A stretch of 64,000 nt of DNA, taken from contig JBPOGI010000004.1 in assembly GCA_051251855.1 (NCBI GenBank), positions 64,001 through 128,000 of the forward strand, written 5' to 3'. This DNA is from Roseibacillus sp. Its GTDB lineage: Bacteria; Verrucomicrobiota; Verrucomicrobiia; Verrucomicrobiales; Akkermansiaceae. This document shows, in pieces, positions 1 to 10,052 of this stretch. Made by a program: the position numbers and the translations under genes. Position 1 is the first letter of the stretch; each line of letters starts with the position of its first letter. The notes beneath the pieces were generated by a model. The model was not told the DNA's origin, did not search any database, and saw nothing but the letters and a program-made list of their open reading frames with translations.

Positions 1-1
1 T

Positions 2-325
2 AATCTTAGATCCTCGCTCGATGTCATCACCAAGCTCCATCACATAAAAGTAGAACTCCTCCTCCCCCGTCTTATCACGCCCTACATGCATGATATCCAC
101 CAACCCCGGATGCTCCCGTGCCACCGGCTCATACTTCAGAATCCCCTCAAACTCTCTCTCGAACGTCCGATCGTCATCGAAGTCATTCCGATAGACCACC
201 TTCACCGCCCGCAAGGTATCGGTCACCGAGCGCGCCATCCAGATTTCTCCGTAGGAACCTCCCCCAATTTGGCGAAGAACCTCCATATCCGGAATTTCCG
301 GCGCTGACCGCACCTGCCTCGCCAT
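2..325 (-). CDS. Hanks-type Ser/Thr protein kinase, N-terminal part (runs off the window's left edge)
   Basis: Not in ORF track. Manual translation from ATG at 325: MARQVRSAPEIPDMEVLRQIGGGSYGEIWMARSVTDTLRAVKVVYR...FEREFEGI...HPGLVDIMHVG...YVMEL. Has Gly-rich loop, AVK lysine, helix-C Glu and hinge. Starts 3 bp after the stop of the sigma factor. Confidence 0.92.
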   Translation of the reverse strand, partial: MARQVRSAPEIPDMEVLRQIGGGSYGEIWMARSVTDTLRAVKVVYRNDFDDDRTFEREFEGILKYEPVAREHPGLVDIMHVGRDKTGEEEFYFYVMELGDDIERGSKI

Positions 326-328
326 CGT

Positions 329-1057
329 CTAATTATCCTCTTCCTCTTCCCCCAGTTTACGAAGCTTCTCCAACTCCTTCTTCAGGACAGCACCCACGCG
401 ATGCTTCGCCAAATAAACCTGCGCCATGCTCACCCCGAGATGCTCCTGAACCTTGTCTGCATCCCACTGCTTCACCACATAGTAGTCAAAAATCTGATAC
501 TGCTTCGGCGACACCAAAGACTTTGTCCTCGAAAGCGCGGCATCAGCCAAATTTTGTTTCCACTCCACATCCCACATCCGCTCTAACAAATCTCCTTTAG
601 GGTCCTCGAAGCGGTCAATCACAGCCGTTTTACGCTCATCGCCCCACTCCCCCATCGCCATTGCGGTATCCTTCTTGCGCTTGCGAAATTGGTCATTAAT
701 CCGCCAGCGGGTCATGTTCATCAACCACGTCTTGAAAGATCCTTGATTCGGGTCGTAGAGATTCTTCTTACTCTGCTTCGCAATCGACAAAATCGTCTCC
801 TGCACCGCATCAAAGGCCTCCTCCGACCGCAAGCCGGACTTCAGCGCCACCGAGTAGATGAGCCGCCAATACGTCTTATAAAAGTCATCCCAAGTTCGCT
901 GATCTTCCCAGTTGTCCAGCCGTGCGATCAGGCTCTTACGCGTCTTCTCATAAGCCGCCTCGATTTTCTTCTTCCGCACCTTCCCCTCTTCGGCGCCGAT
1001 CTCCTCTTCAACGTCATCCTTAGGAGCCGCTGTTTTCTTTTTCGCTCGTTTCGCCAT
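329..1057 (-). CDS. ECF-type RNA polymerase sigma-70 factor
   Basis: Region 2 (WDDFYKTYWRLIY...EAFDAVQET...GSFKTWLMNMTRWRINDQFR) and region 4 HTH (VQEHLGVSMAQVYLAKHRV). Confidence 0.9.
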   Translation of the reverse strand: MAKRAKKKTAAPKDDVEEEIGAEEGKVRKKKIEAAYEKTRKSLIARLDNWEDQRTWDDFYKTYWRLIYSVALKSGLRSEEAFDAVQETILSIAKQSKKNLYDPNQGSFKTWLMNMTRWRINDQFRKRKKDTAMAMGEWGDERKTAVIDRFEDPKGDLLERMWDVEWKQNLADAALSRTKSLVSPKQYQIFDYYVVKQWDADKVQEHLGVSMAQVYLAKHRVGAVLKKELEKLRKLGEEEEDN

Positions 1058-1278
1058 TCGATGTTTACGCTAGCACGCCTCCTCTTACTTGTCTTTCCCG
1101 ATTCCGTCTGTAAGTGAACGAAACTCTCAGCTTCATCATTCACTAAAAAGCCCCCTTTTCCCCAAAAACGCCTTAAAATCGTTGCTCAAACTCAAAAAAT
1201 CAATCAATTCGACCCGAGTCTTCTCAAAATCCACTCCTGACATCTCACTCTCTCCCCAAAAATATCTCTGCGAAACTT

Positions 1279-1300
1279 CCCGTCCTTCGCGACTCAGCGT
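1279..1300. repeat. Short intergenic repeat CCCGTCCTTCGCGACT(C/T)AGCGT; second copy at 9248-9269, related tract at ~6541-6579
   Basis: 21/22 identical bases between 1279-1300 and 9248-9269. Confidence 0.55.
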
Positions 1301-1326
1301 TGAACAAAACCATCTAGCCACTTCCC

Positions 1327-2301
1327 ATGCCAGAGCCCACTGACCTCTATTTCTCTCGCTACCGCCTCAAATCCCGCGCTAGCAAACTCAACGCCGCCTC
1401 CCCCCGCCGCGAATTCGAAGGTGCGCTCATCCAAGTCGGTCACGGCTTTGCCTGCCTCCATCCTTGGCCCGAACTCGGAGACCCCACCCTCGACAAGTGC
1501 CTCGCTGATCTCCAAGGCAAACGCCGTTGGCCCCTCGTCCGCCGCGCCCTCCGCTGTGCCGAGATGGACGCCGCCGCCCGCCTCAACGAAGACTGGATGT
1601 TCGAGGAAATGGACGTCCCCCTCAGCCACTTCACTCTCCCCACCCTCGACCGCGCTCAAATCGAACTCGCTCTCGAGCGTGAATTCGACACCATCAAGCT
1701 CAAAGTCGGCACCGACCTCATCGCCGAAGGTCTCTTTCTACGCGAAACCTCCGCCGCCCACCCCAAGCTCCGTTGGCGCCTTGACGCCAACGAAAAGCCC
1801 ACCCGCGAAGCCATCCGAGACTTCCTTCTCGCCCTGCCCGAAGCCACCCGCGACCAAATCGACTTCATCGAAGACCCCTGCCCCTTCTCTGAAGAAGGCT
1901 GGCAAAAGCTCCATCGCGAAACCCGCGTCCCACTCGCCATCGATCGCGAATCCGCCCCCAACCTCAGCACCGGAAAAAGCGCCCAAGTCGTCATCATCAA
2001 GCCCGCCCTCGACGAGCCTTGGCTCCTCGCCGAATCCGCTATTAATAAGGGCCAACGCGTCGTGGTCACCAGCTACATGGACCACCCCTTCGGCCAAACC
2101 TTCGCGGCTTGGGAAGCCGGACGCCTCGCCCTGCAATTTCCCGGCCTCATCAACACCTGCGGCCTCCAAACCCATCATCTCTTCGAACCCACCCCTTTCA
2201 CCGAAGCCCTCGGCGCCCCCACTCCTAGTTTTAACCCCGTCGCCTGGACCGGCCTCGGCTTCGACGAGCTCCTCGAAACCCTTCTCTGGCAGAAGCTTTA
2301 A
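1327..2301 (+). CDS. menC: o-succinylbenzoate synthase-like enolase-superfamily enzyme
   Basis: KLKVG, RLDANE, FIEDP, LAIDRE and IIKP motifs of the enolase barrel in OSBS arrangement. Confidence 0.75.
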   Translation: MPEPTDLYFSRYRLKSRASKLNAASPRREFEGALIQVGHGFACLHPWPELGDPTLDKCLADLQGKRRWPLVRRALRCAEMDAAARLNEDWMFEEMDVPLSHFTLPTLDRAQIELALEREFDTIKLKVGTDLIAEGLFLRETSAAHPKLRWRLDANEKPTREAIRDFLLALPEATRDQIDFIEDPCPFSEEGWQKLHRETRVPLAIDRESAPNLSTGKSAQVVIIKPALDEPWLLAESAINKGQRVVVTSYMDHPFGQTFAAWEAGRLALQFPGLINTCGLQTHHLFEPTPFTEALGAPTPSFNPVAWTGLGFDELLETLLWQKL

Positions 2302-2390
2302 TCCTCACAACCAATAGCGAGCAACTCATACTCCCCCCTCCAGCCCCCTTTTCTTGACTCCCTCCCCATTCTCCCCCAATGCTCCCTGCG

Positions 2391-3299
2391 ATGAGCAAAC
2401 CGACCCTTCTCGTTCTCGCCGCCGGCATGGGCTCCCGTTACGGAGGCCTCAAGCAAATGGACCCCATGGGCCCCAATGGAGAAACCATCCTTGACTACTC
2501 CGTCTTTGACGCCATCCGCGCCGGTTTTGGCAAAGTCGTTTTCGTCATTCGCGAAGACTTCGCGGAAGCCTTCCGCGAAGGAGTAGGATCTCGTTTCAGC
2601 AACAAAATCGCCATCGACTACGCTTTCCAAAAGCTCGATGACCTTCCCGAAGGATTCAGCGTCCCTGCCGACCGCGAAAAGCCATGGGGTACCGCCCACG
2701 CCGTCCGCGCTGCTCGGGACGTCATCAACGAACCCTTCGCCGTCATCAATGCCGACGACTTCTACGGAGCCAACGCCTATCAAACTGCGGCCGACTTTCT
2801 TAACACCCTTGGCAACGAGTCCACCGACTACTCCATCGTTGGCTACTACCTCAAGAACACTCTCTCCGATCACGGTGGCGTTAATCGCGGCATCTGCACT
2901 GCCAGCCCCGAAGGACTTCTCACCAACGTAGAAGAAGTGGTCGACATCTCCCGCAAAGACGGCGGCAAGGTCACCGGCACCGGTCTTAATGGCAGTGAAC
3001 GCGAAGTCTCCGAAGAGGACATCGTCTCCATGAACTTCTGGTGCTTCTCCCCCGCCTACTTCACCCAGACCGAAGAACACTTCTCCGCCTTCCTCAGCGA
3101 ACACCTCAATACACCCAAGAGCGAATGCTACATCCCTACCGTCGTTGACGACTTCGTCGAAAAAGGCCAAGCCACTTGTAAAGTCCTCCCCACCACCTCC
3201 AGCTGGTTCGGCGTCACCTACCCCGACGACAAACCCCTCGTTGTCGACGCCATCGCCGCCCTCATCACAAACGGCGCCTATCCTGCGAAGCTCTCTTAA
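2391..3299 (+). CDS. Sugar-phosphate nucleotidyltransferase (NTP transferase family)
   Basis: LAAGMGSRYGGLK, KPWGTAHA and INADDFYG motifs; start taken at MSKPT. Confidence 0.85.
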   Translation: MSKPTLLVLAAGMGSRYGGLKQMDPMGPNGETILDYSVFDAIRAGFGKVVFVIREDFAEAFREGVGSRFSNKIAIDYAFQKLDDLPEGFSVPADREKPWGTAHAVRAARDVINEPFAVINADDFYGANAYQTAADFLNTLGNESTDYSIVGYYLKNTLSDHGGVNRGICTASPEGLLTNVEEVVDISRKDGGKVTGTGLNGSEREVSEEDIVSMNFWCFSPAYFTQTEEHFSAFLSEHLNTPKSECYIPTVVDDFVEKGQATCKVLPTTSSWFGVTYPDDKPLVVDAIAALITNGAYPAKLS

Positions 3300-3307
3300 A
3301 AGCTAAA

Positions 3308-3364
3308 GGAGCAAGGACATTCTTATCCTTGTTTAGGGCTCAGGGACAGGAATGTCCCTGCTCC
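3308..3364. repeat. Inverted REP doublet, type B (GGAGCAxGGACATTCCTGTCCxTG)
   Basis: GGAGCAAGGACATTCTTATCCTTG (3308-3331) faces CAGGGACAGGAATGTCCCTGCTCC (3341-3364); lies between convergent genes. Confidence 0.85.
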
Positions 3365-3372
3365 TTATTCAC

Positions 3373-5256
3373 TCAGGCTGCCTGCTTCAACTCCTCCACC
3401 CAAGGAGGAATCGCGCAGCCAATGCTATCGGCCATCGCTCGCAACAGTTCGGCCTCACGACTCGACAACTCTCCGTCACTCGCCACCGCCCTCGCGCAAG
3501 CCTGCAAGACATCGCGCTTTACCAAAGGCGACGCTAACTCCAAGCGCTCCAGCGCCCTGTTGATCTCATTCAACGAAATCTGTTCCGACCCCAACAACGC
3601 GCCTCCCGACGAAGGAACCTCTTCCATTCCCGCCTCAAAGGCACCCTGAGCGTCAGGATTCAAATGCGCAAAAGAAGACACTAACAACGCCGTTTCCTTG
3701 GAAAGGTCCTCGAGTCGGTGGAATCGAATCCGCCGCATTCCACGATGTCCAAAATGCCCGTCCAAGTGATGCTCGATCAGACGCTGCAACATATATTCAA
3801 AGACATCCACCCGTCCATCACTACCAATCAGCTCCCGTGTAATTCCCACAAAACGCTCATACTCTGGCCGCGAAAGATTTCGTAACGTCGGTACCGCCAA
3901 ATCAATCAAAGCAATCTTGCGGGCCGAATGCGACTCGCCCAATTCCTCCTGCCAACGCAGAGCTAACTCCGCCGCCGCTTCCCCCGCATCCCGCTTCAAC
4001 AACGCAACTTCGCCGCGTCGCATCTTCGAATCCTGCGCCAACAAAAGACCAAATACCAGCGCCTGCGCCTCCTCACGATGATGAACCGCTCGCTGCCACT
4101 CCTCAGGAATTCTTTCTTTAATACGCCGACCGCGGTCATAGCTGACCCGCTCCGAATCGCTCAACTTCGCACCCGAACCTGAGCCCTCACTGAATCCCGA
4201 TACCCGCGAGTCACCCGCTTGCGACGAAGCCGATTCAGCCTTCCCCGCAATGGGAGGCAACGAACTATCCGCAAACTTGCCATCCCAATCTTTTTGAATA
4301 CGTTCAATCCGCAATTCCAAGGGCGGATGCGTCGCAAAGCCAAAAGCAAACAACCCTCCGTTGGCAAAGAAGCAGTGACTCGCCTCCGAAGCCTTCGCAG
4401 TCTCAATTTTCGAACCCTTGCTGCCAATTTTCTTCAGCGCCCCCGCCAAGCCATCGGGCTCCCGCGTGAACTGAACCGCCGATGCATCAGCCAAAAACTC
4501 ACGCTGTCTTGAAACCGCTGCCTGCAAAAAACGTGCAAAAAACACCCCTATTCCCCCAATAATCATCAGACCCACCCCGACCGCCAAAATCGCTAACAAA
4601 ATTGCTCCGCCCCCGTTATTATCGCGGTTGTTTCCGCCCACACGCACAAAACGCAGACTCTCTAACAAACCCCGCCCCAAAATCGAGAGCACCACCAGAC
4701 CAAAGATCCAACCAATCAGGCGCATGTTCAGCCTCATGTCCCCATTCAAAATATGGGAAAACTCATGCGCGATCACTCCCTGCAACTCCGACCGCGAGAG
4801 CCGCATCATACAGCCGCGGGTCACCCCAATGGCCGCATTACCCGGCTCAGTCCCAGCTGCAAAGGCATTAATCCCCTCCTCATTGTCCATCACATAGACC
4901 TGCGGAACCGGCACTCCAGAAGCAATCGCCATCTCCTCTACCACATTGAGTAATTTCCTCTCGTGCGTCTCTGTTGTCGAGGGATCCACCAACCGTCCCC
5001 CAAGGTCACGCGCAACCACCCCACCACCTCCGCGCAACTGCATCGCCTTGAAACCACTGGAAAGAAAAATCAGCCCCCCAGAACCCAATGCCACCAGCGC
5101 ACAAACCTCCAACGGAATCCCTCCGCCTCCCAGAACCCCTATCCCCCAGGACAAAAGCCCAATCGAAATAACCACCCCAATGACGCAAAGAAGAAAAAGA
5201 GCGAGCAACCACTTCGTTTTCTTCCGAGCATCGTCTTGTGCCTCAAAAAAATCCAT
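3373..5256 (-). CDS. M48 (HtpX-like) membrane zinc metallopeptidase with long C-terminal helical (TerB-like) extension
   Basis: AHEFSH (HExxH), SRQREFLADA, ATHPPL motifs and TM segments; start taken at MDFFEAQ. Confidence 0.9.
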   Translation of the reverse strand: MDFFEAQDDARKKTKWLLALFLLCVIGVVISIGLLSWGIGVLGGGGIPLEVCALVALGSGGLIFLSSGFKAMQLRGGGGVVARDLGGRLVDPSTTETHERKLLNVVEEMAIASGVPVPQVYVMDNEEGINAFAAGTEPGNAAIGVTRGCMMRLSRSELQGVIAHEFSHILNGDMRLNMRLIGWIFGLVVLSILGRGLLESLRFVRVGGNNRDNNGGGAILLAILAVGVGLMIIGGIGVFFARFLQAAVSRQREFLADASAVQFTREPDGLAGALKKIGSKGSKIETAKASEASHCFFANGGLFAFGFATHPPLELRIERIQKDWDGKFADSSLPPIAGKAESASSQAGDSRVSGFSEGSGSGAKLSDSERVSYDRGRRIKERIPEEWQRAVHHREEAQALVFGLLLAQDSKMRRGEVALLKRDAGEAAAELALRWQEELGESHSARKIALIDLAVPTLRNLSRPEYERFVGITRELIGSDGRVDVFEYMLQRLIEHHLDGHFGHRGMRRIRFHRLEDLSKETALLVSSFAHLNPDAQGAFEAGMEEVPSSGGALLGSEQISLNEINRALERLELASPLVKRDVLQACARAVASDGELSSREAELLRAMADSIGCAIPPWVEELKQAA

Positions 5257-5301
5257 AATCGTTACTGGCAAAGCCGGTCAAAGACCGGCGCTCCCAGCGA
5301 A

Positions 5302-5898
5302 CTAGTCAAACTTGACATCCACGCGCTCTCGCTGCTCGGGCGCGCTCACCTCAAAGAGCACGGCAGGACCAAAGTTGAACATGTTAGCAATGAAGCTCGT
5401 CGGAAAGCTCTCCCGTTTCGTATTATAGCTCGTCACCGCGTCATTGTACGCCTGTCGCGAGAATCCCACTTTGTTCTCCGTGCTCGTTAACTCCTCCTGA
5501 ACCTGAAGCATATTCTGGTTCGACCGCAACTCGGGGTAAGACTCGCTCAACGCAAACAGACGCCCCAAAGAACTCCCTAGGCCTCCTTCAGCAGCGCCCA
5601 TAGCCGCCACCGCTTCCGCACTTTCAGGACTGGCGCCCGAGCGAGCACTCGAAGCCGCATTCCGCGCCTCAATCACCGCCTCCAGCGTCTCCCGCTCATG
5701 CTTCATAAAGCCCTTAGCTGTCTCCACCAGATTCGGAATCAAATCATGACGGCGCTTGAGCTGAACATCAATCTGCGCGAACCCATTGCGATAGCGGTTA
5801 CGAGAGCTTACCAGCCCGTTGTATTGCGCAATGAGCCAAATCCCAACCAAGACCACAAGCCCCACCAACACCAGTAGAATCACAAAGATAGCTTCCAT
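5302..5898 (-). CDS. lemA: LemA family protein
   Basis: N-terminal TM helix; QIDVQLKRRHDLIPNLVET, ESYPEL and RQAYNDAV..YN motifs; upstream of M48 peptidase. Confidence 0.93.
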   Translation of the reverse strand: MEAIFVILLVLVGLVVLVGIWLIAQYNGLVSSRNRYRNGFAQIDVQLKRRHDLIPNLVETAKGFMKHERETLEAVIEARNAASSARSGASPESAEAVAAMGAAEGGLGSSLGRLFALSESYPELRSNQNMLQVQEELTSTENKVGFSRQAYNDAVTSYNTKRESFPTSFIANMFNFGPAVLFEVSAPEQRERVDVKFD

Positions 5899-6072
5899 AG
5901 CGCCGAATCTACCAAAGCCCTCCTCCTTGGCGATTACAAAGAGAGTCTCCAGTTGGAAGACCTTTGTAGCGCAGGCCTCCAGCACGTGAGAGTGAATCCG
6001 GACGTCTCGGCTGACCCCATCTAGATAGAAAGCCTGACTTCACACTCTCAGCCCCAACCGCTGCGCCACTTC

Positions 6073-6495
6073 TCAGCCTAAATTCTCTGGCCCAAAACTC
6101 TCCGGTAACAACTCACCCAAACTCATCACCTTTCGAATCCCCTCCGCCCCCGCAATCGCCACCGGAGTCTCCTCTCCCCCAAACTCGCGAATCCGCTGCC
6201 GACACCCCCCGCAAGGCGTGCAAAGACCATCCCCTCCGCCCACAACCGCAATCGCCACAATCTTCCTCCCACCACAAGCCACCATGGCTGCAATCGCCGC
6301 CGTCTCCGCACAAATCCCATTCGGGTAGGCCGCATTTTCTACATTCACCCCCAAATGAACTCGCCCCTCTTCATCCAAAACCGCCGCCCCCACCTGAAAA
6401 TCCGAATACGGCGCATGCGCTTTTCCCTGAATCCCAATCGCCGCCCGGGCCAAAGCATCCAACGACTCCTTCGAAACATCCACTCTTTTCATCAC
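6073..6495 (-). CDS. cdd: Cytidine deaminase (homotetrameric type)
   Basis: APYSDFQVGAA, NVENA, CAE and PCGGCRQ zinc motifs. Confidence 0.93.
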   Translation of the reverse strand: MMKRVDVSKESLDALARAAIGIQGKAHAPYSDFQVGAAVLDEEGRVHLGVNVENAAYPNGICAETAAIAAMVACGGRKIVAIAVVGGGDGLCTPCGGCRQRIREFGGEETPVAIAGAEGIRKVMSLGELLPESFGPENLG

Positions 6496-6639
6496 CCCTG
6501 TTTAATCAAAAACCCTCCCCTCCAAAAGCTCATTAAAAAATCTCGGCGCTTCTCGGCGTTCTCCGCGAGTCTGCGGTAATCAAGCCTCTTTCCACCAAAA
6601 TCCTGCTAGGAATCCTCTCTCCATTCCGTAACCTCTGGA

Positions 6640-8829
6640 ATGCGACCGTTCATCCGCTCTTTCGTCACCTTGTCTCTCTCCGCCAGCGCCCTCATGGCCG
6701 CAGAGCGCCCCAACATCCTTTTCCTCTTCTCAGACGACCATGCCTGCCAAGCCATTTCAGCCTACCCCGGCGGAATGCTCGACGAAATCGCACCCACCCC
6801 GTCCATCGACCGCATCGCCAAAGACGGACTCCTCTTCGAAAACAGCTTTTGCACCAACTCCATCTGCGGCCCCTCTCGTGCCAGCATTCTCACCGGCAAG
6901 CACTCTCACCTCAACGGGTTCCTCGACAATGGCACCCAGTTTGACGGCTACCAACAAACCTTCCCCGTCCTCCTGCAAGAAGCCGGCTACCGCACCGCCA
7001 TGATTGGCAAGTGGCATCTCGGCACCGACCCGGTAGGCTTCGACCACTGGGAAGTCCTCCCCGGCCAAGGCTCCTACTACAACCCCGACCTCAAGCAAAT
7101 GGACGGCCAAAAGAAGCGCTATCCCGGCCATTGCAACGATGTCGTCACCTCCATTGCCCTCGACCAGCTCAAAAAGTCGGCCGACTCCAAGGAGCCCTTC
7201 ATGATCATGGCGCAATACAAAGCCCCCCATCGCAATTGGGCTCCTGCCGAACGCCACCTCACCCTCTTCGACGACATCACCTTCCCCGAACCCGACTCCC
7301 TCTTCGACAACTACGCCACCCGTAGCAAAACACTCAAGGAGCAAACCATGAGCATCGAAAAGGACATGTATTGGGGCCACGACATGAAGTTCCATGGCGA
7401 AAACCTCTATCCCGACCACTTCGGTAGCCGCCTGAAGAACGGCGAGTACCTCCGCATGACTGACGAGCAAAAGAAAGCTTGGGACGCGGCCTACGAACCC
7501 AAGAACCAAGCCTTTCTCGCCAAAATGAAAGCCGGTGAGCTCAGCGACAAGGAGATCACGCAATGGAAATACCAGCGCTACATCAAGGACTACCTCCGCT
7601 CCATCCGCTCCATGGACGAAGGCATCGGACAAATCCTCGACGAACTCGAAGCCAGCGGCCTCGCCGAGAACACCATCGTCATCTACTCCTCCGACCAAGG
7701 ATTCTACCTCGGCGAGCACGGTTGGTACGACAAGCGTTGGATGTTCGAAGAGTCCTTTAAGATGCCCTTCATCATCCGCTGGCCCGGCGTCATCCAACCC
7801 GGCACCACCACCAAGGCCCTCATCCAAAACATTGACTACGCCCCCACCTTCCTCGACCTCGCCGGCACCGAGATTCCTTCCGATCTCCAAGGCCATTCCC
7901 TCGTGCCCATGCTGAAAAAATCAGGTGAAGCATCCAAAGATTGGCGCGAACAACTCTACTACCGTTACTACGGCGAGGCCGTCCACCAAGTGGCTGCTCA
8001 CGACGGTATTCGCACGGACCATTTCAAGCTCATGTTCTTCAGCGGCACTGGCGAATACAACCTCTTCGACCTCATCAATGACCCTCACGAAATGACCTCC
8101 CTCCACGACGATCCCGCTTACGCCACCATCTTAGCGGAGATGAAGAACAAGCTCAACGACTCACGCATTCAGTACCGCGCCCACTCTGCCGTCATTCCTT
8201 CAGATCGCAACGAACAGAAGTGGTGGAAAGAACGCCAAGCAGCTAAAAACAAACAAGCAGCCTCAGCCAAACACGATCTCATCTTCATCGGTGACTCCAT
8301 CACTCAAGGCTGGGAGAAGAACGGAAAGAAAGTCTGGGATAAATACTACGCCAACCGCAAAGCCCTCAACCTCGGCTTCTCCGGCGACCGCACCGAACAC
8401 GTCCTCAACCGCCTCGACCGAGGCAACCTGCGCAATCAGCAAGAGGCCAAAGTTGCCGTCATCATGATTGGCACCAACAACACCGGCCACAACCAGCAAG
8501 ACCCCAGCGAGACCGCCGACGGCATCACCCGCATTGTGTCCATCGTGCGCGCCCGTTGCCCTCAGGCTCAGATTCTTCTCCTAGGAGTGTTCCCCCGGGG
8601 CGGAGAACCCGAAAACCCTTTGCGTAAACTCAACGTCGACATCAACCAACACATCGCCAGCCTCGCCAAAGACAAAAACGTTCACTACCTCGACATCAGC
8701 AACGCCTTTCTCAAAGAAGACGGCTTCCTTCGCGAGGACATCATGCCCGACTTCCTTCACCTCAACACCGACGGCTACCAACTTTGGGCCGAAGCCATCG
8801 AGCCTAAACTCAAAGAGCTCGGTCTCTAA
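6640..8829 (+). CDS. Secreted formylglycine-dependent sulfatase fused to a C-terminal SGNH/GDSL esterase
   Basis: Signal peptide; SDDH, CGPSRASILTG (CxPxR), GKWH, SDQG. C-terminal GDSITQGW, GFSGD, IGTNN, DFLH blocks. Confidence 0.92.
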   Translation: MRPFIRSFVTLSLSASALMAAERPNILFLFSDDHACQAISAYPGGMLDEIAPTPSIDRIAKDGLLFENSFCTNSICGPSRASILTGKHSHLNGFLDNGTQFDGYQQTFPVLLQEAGYRTAMIGKWHLGTDPVGFDHWEVLPGQGSYYNPDLKQMDGQKKRYPGHCNDVVTSIALDQLKKSADSKEPFMIMAQYKAPHRNWAPAERHLTLFDDITFPEPDSLFDNYATRSKTLKEQTMSIEKDMYWGHDMKFHGENLYPDHFGSRLKNGEYLRMTDEQKKAWDAAYEPKNQAFLAKMKAGELSDKEITQWKYQRYIKDYLRSIRSMDEGIGQILDELEASGLAENTIVIYSSDQGFYLGEHGWYDKRWMFEESFKMPFIIRWPGVIQPGTTTKALIQNIDYAPTFLDLAGTEIPSDLQGHSLVPMLKKSGEASKDWREQLYYRYYGEAVHQVAAHDGIRTDHFKLMFFSGTGEYNLFDLINDPHEMTSLHDDPAYATILAEMKNKLNDSRIQYRAHSAVIPSDRNEQKWWKERQAAKNKQAASAKHDLIFIGDSITQGWEKNGKKVWDKYYANRKALNLGFSGDRTEHVLNRLDRGNLRNQQEAKVAVIMIGTNNTGHNQQDPSETADGITRIVSIVRARCPQAQILLLGVFPRGGEPENPLRKLNVDINQHIASLAKDKNVHYLDISNAFLKEDGFLREDIMPDFLHLNTDGYQLWAEAIEPKLKELGL

Positions 8830-8890
8830 AAAACGACCGAAGCCTATCTCGCCAGACTAACCCCTACAGAGCAGAACACTCGACAGAGAA

Positions 8891-9220
8891 ATGGGTATTA
8901 TAGTTAAAAAATACGAGGATTGGCTCGCGTTGAGTGATTCGGAGCGCAGTGACGTTAAGTTGAGTTGGAACGCCTACGAGCGAGAATCAATCGGCGTCCC
9001 ATACACGGCCGCTGGTCGGCTTGCGATGGTCTCGGAGCGTAAAATCCTAGACCTTTCTATTGGTACGTATCCCGGCGGAGAATATCTAATTCACGCTACA
9101 GTCTCGGTTGAGGAATTTGCGAAGTTCCCAGCAATGCTTTCCGATGAATTTGAAGGATTTAGAATAGTTTGGCTGGCAGAAGCTACACAGTGCAGCAATG
9201 CGGAATCAGCAAAGCCCTAG
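8891..9220 (+). CDS. Hypothetical protein (atypical composition)
   Basis: 109-aa ATG ORF filling the intergenic gap; visibly more AT/G-rich than neighbouring + strand genes. Confidence 0.6.
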   Translation: MGIIVKKYEDWLALSDSERSDVKLSWNAYERESIGVPYTAAGRLAMVSERKILDLSIGTYPGGEYLIHATVSVEEFAKFPAMLSDEFEGFRIVWLAEATQCSNAESAKP

Positions 9221-9297
9221 CCTCTCTCCCTTCTCAATAAGCCCTAGCCCGTCCTTCGCGACTTAGCGTCTTTGCGGTTCAAAATTCATCTCGCCCC

Positions 9298-9846
9298 CTA
9301 AGGCACCCGAAACTTATTCGGCATCTCCGCCACCGGCTTCAAAGTCCCATCAGAATTCCGGTTCGCCGGATCTCGCTCATCATAAATCAACCTCCCCGAC
9401 TCCACCCCACGCACATCCACCGGTCGATTTGTATAGTGGTTAAAGACCCAACCCTTCCGACCTGGCACCGGAATCGCATACGGATAATCGATATTCATCG
9501 GAGGCAAAGGCGGTAAATTCTCCTCGTATCCCTCTCCCTGACTAGAACCTCCCGAGTTTAAGCCCACTCCTCCGCTGGCCGATCTCCCCACACCCGAATT
9601 GATGACCTGCGCGCTCCCCATCCCCTCTCGCTGCTCGCGCAATTGCCGCAAATCACCACTCGTCGCTCTAGCGCTCGAGCCCTCAGTCCCGACTGGAGTA
9701 GCGCTTCCTCCCCCAGCGACTATCCCTGAACGAGCCCCACTCCCCGTCGCGCCACTACCGCCCTGAAAAGTTCCCCCCATAGGCGTACAAGAAACAACCC
9801 CCAACAAGGCACCCGCCATCGCAATCAAAGACCAACGTTTCATCAT
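9298..9846 (-). CDS. Hypothetical lipoprotein with Gly/Ser-rich linker
   Basis: MMKRWSLIAMAGALLGVVSC lipobox-like signal; C-terminal YPYAIPVPGRKGWV...VDVRG...KFRVP domain. Confidence 0.75.
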   Translation of the reverse strand: MMKRWSLIAMAGALLGVVSCTPMGGTFQGGSGATGSGARSGIVAGGGSATPVGTEGSSARATSGDLRQLREQREGMGSAQVINSGVGRSASGGVGLNSGGSSQGEGYEENLPPLPPMNIDYPYAIPVPGRKGWVFNHYTNRPVDVRGVESGRLIYDERDPANRNSDGTLKPVAEMPNKFRVP

Positions 9847-10052
9847 TACTAGCTCATAGGACGAAGGAAGCTGCCAAATAGTCAATCCTAGGTCGTGAAA
9901 TCCTCACTATTTTACTCCCGCTCCTTTGACCAGCACTGACCAAACGTCAGCAAAGAGGCCCCTATTTCCTCTCCTTTCGCTGATTTCCTCAAAAAATGTG
10001 CCCTCCTTGTTAACCTTGCAGCCGAAAGGCACATTTGTTGGGGTATTCATTA

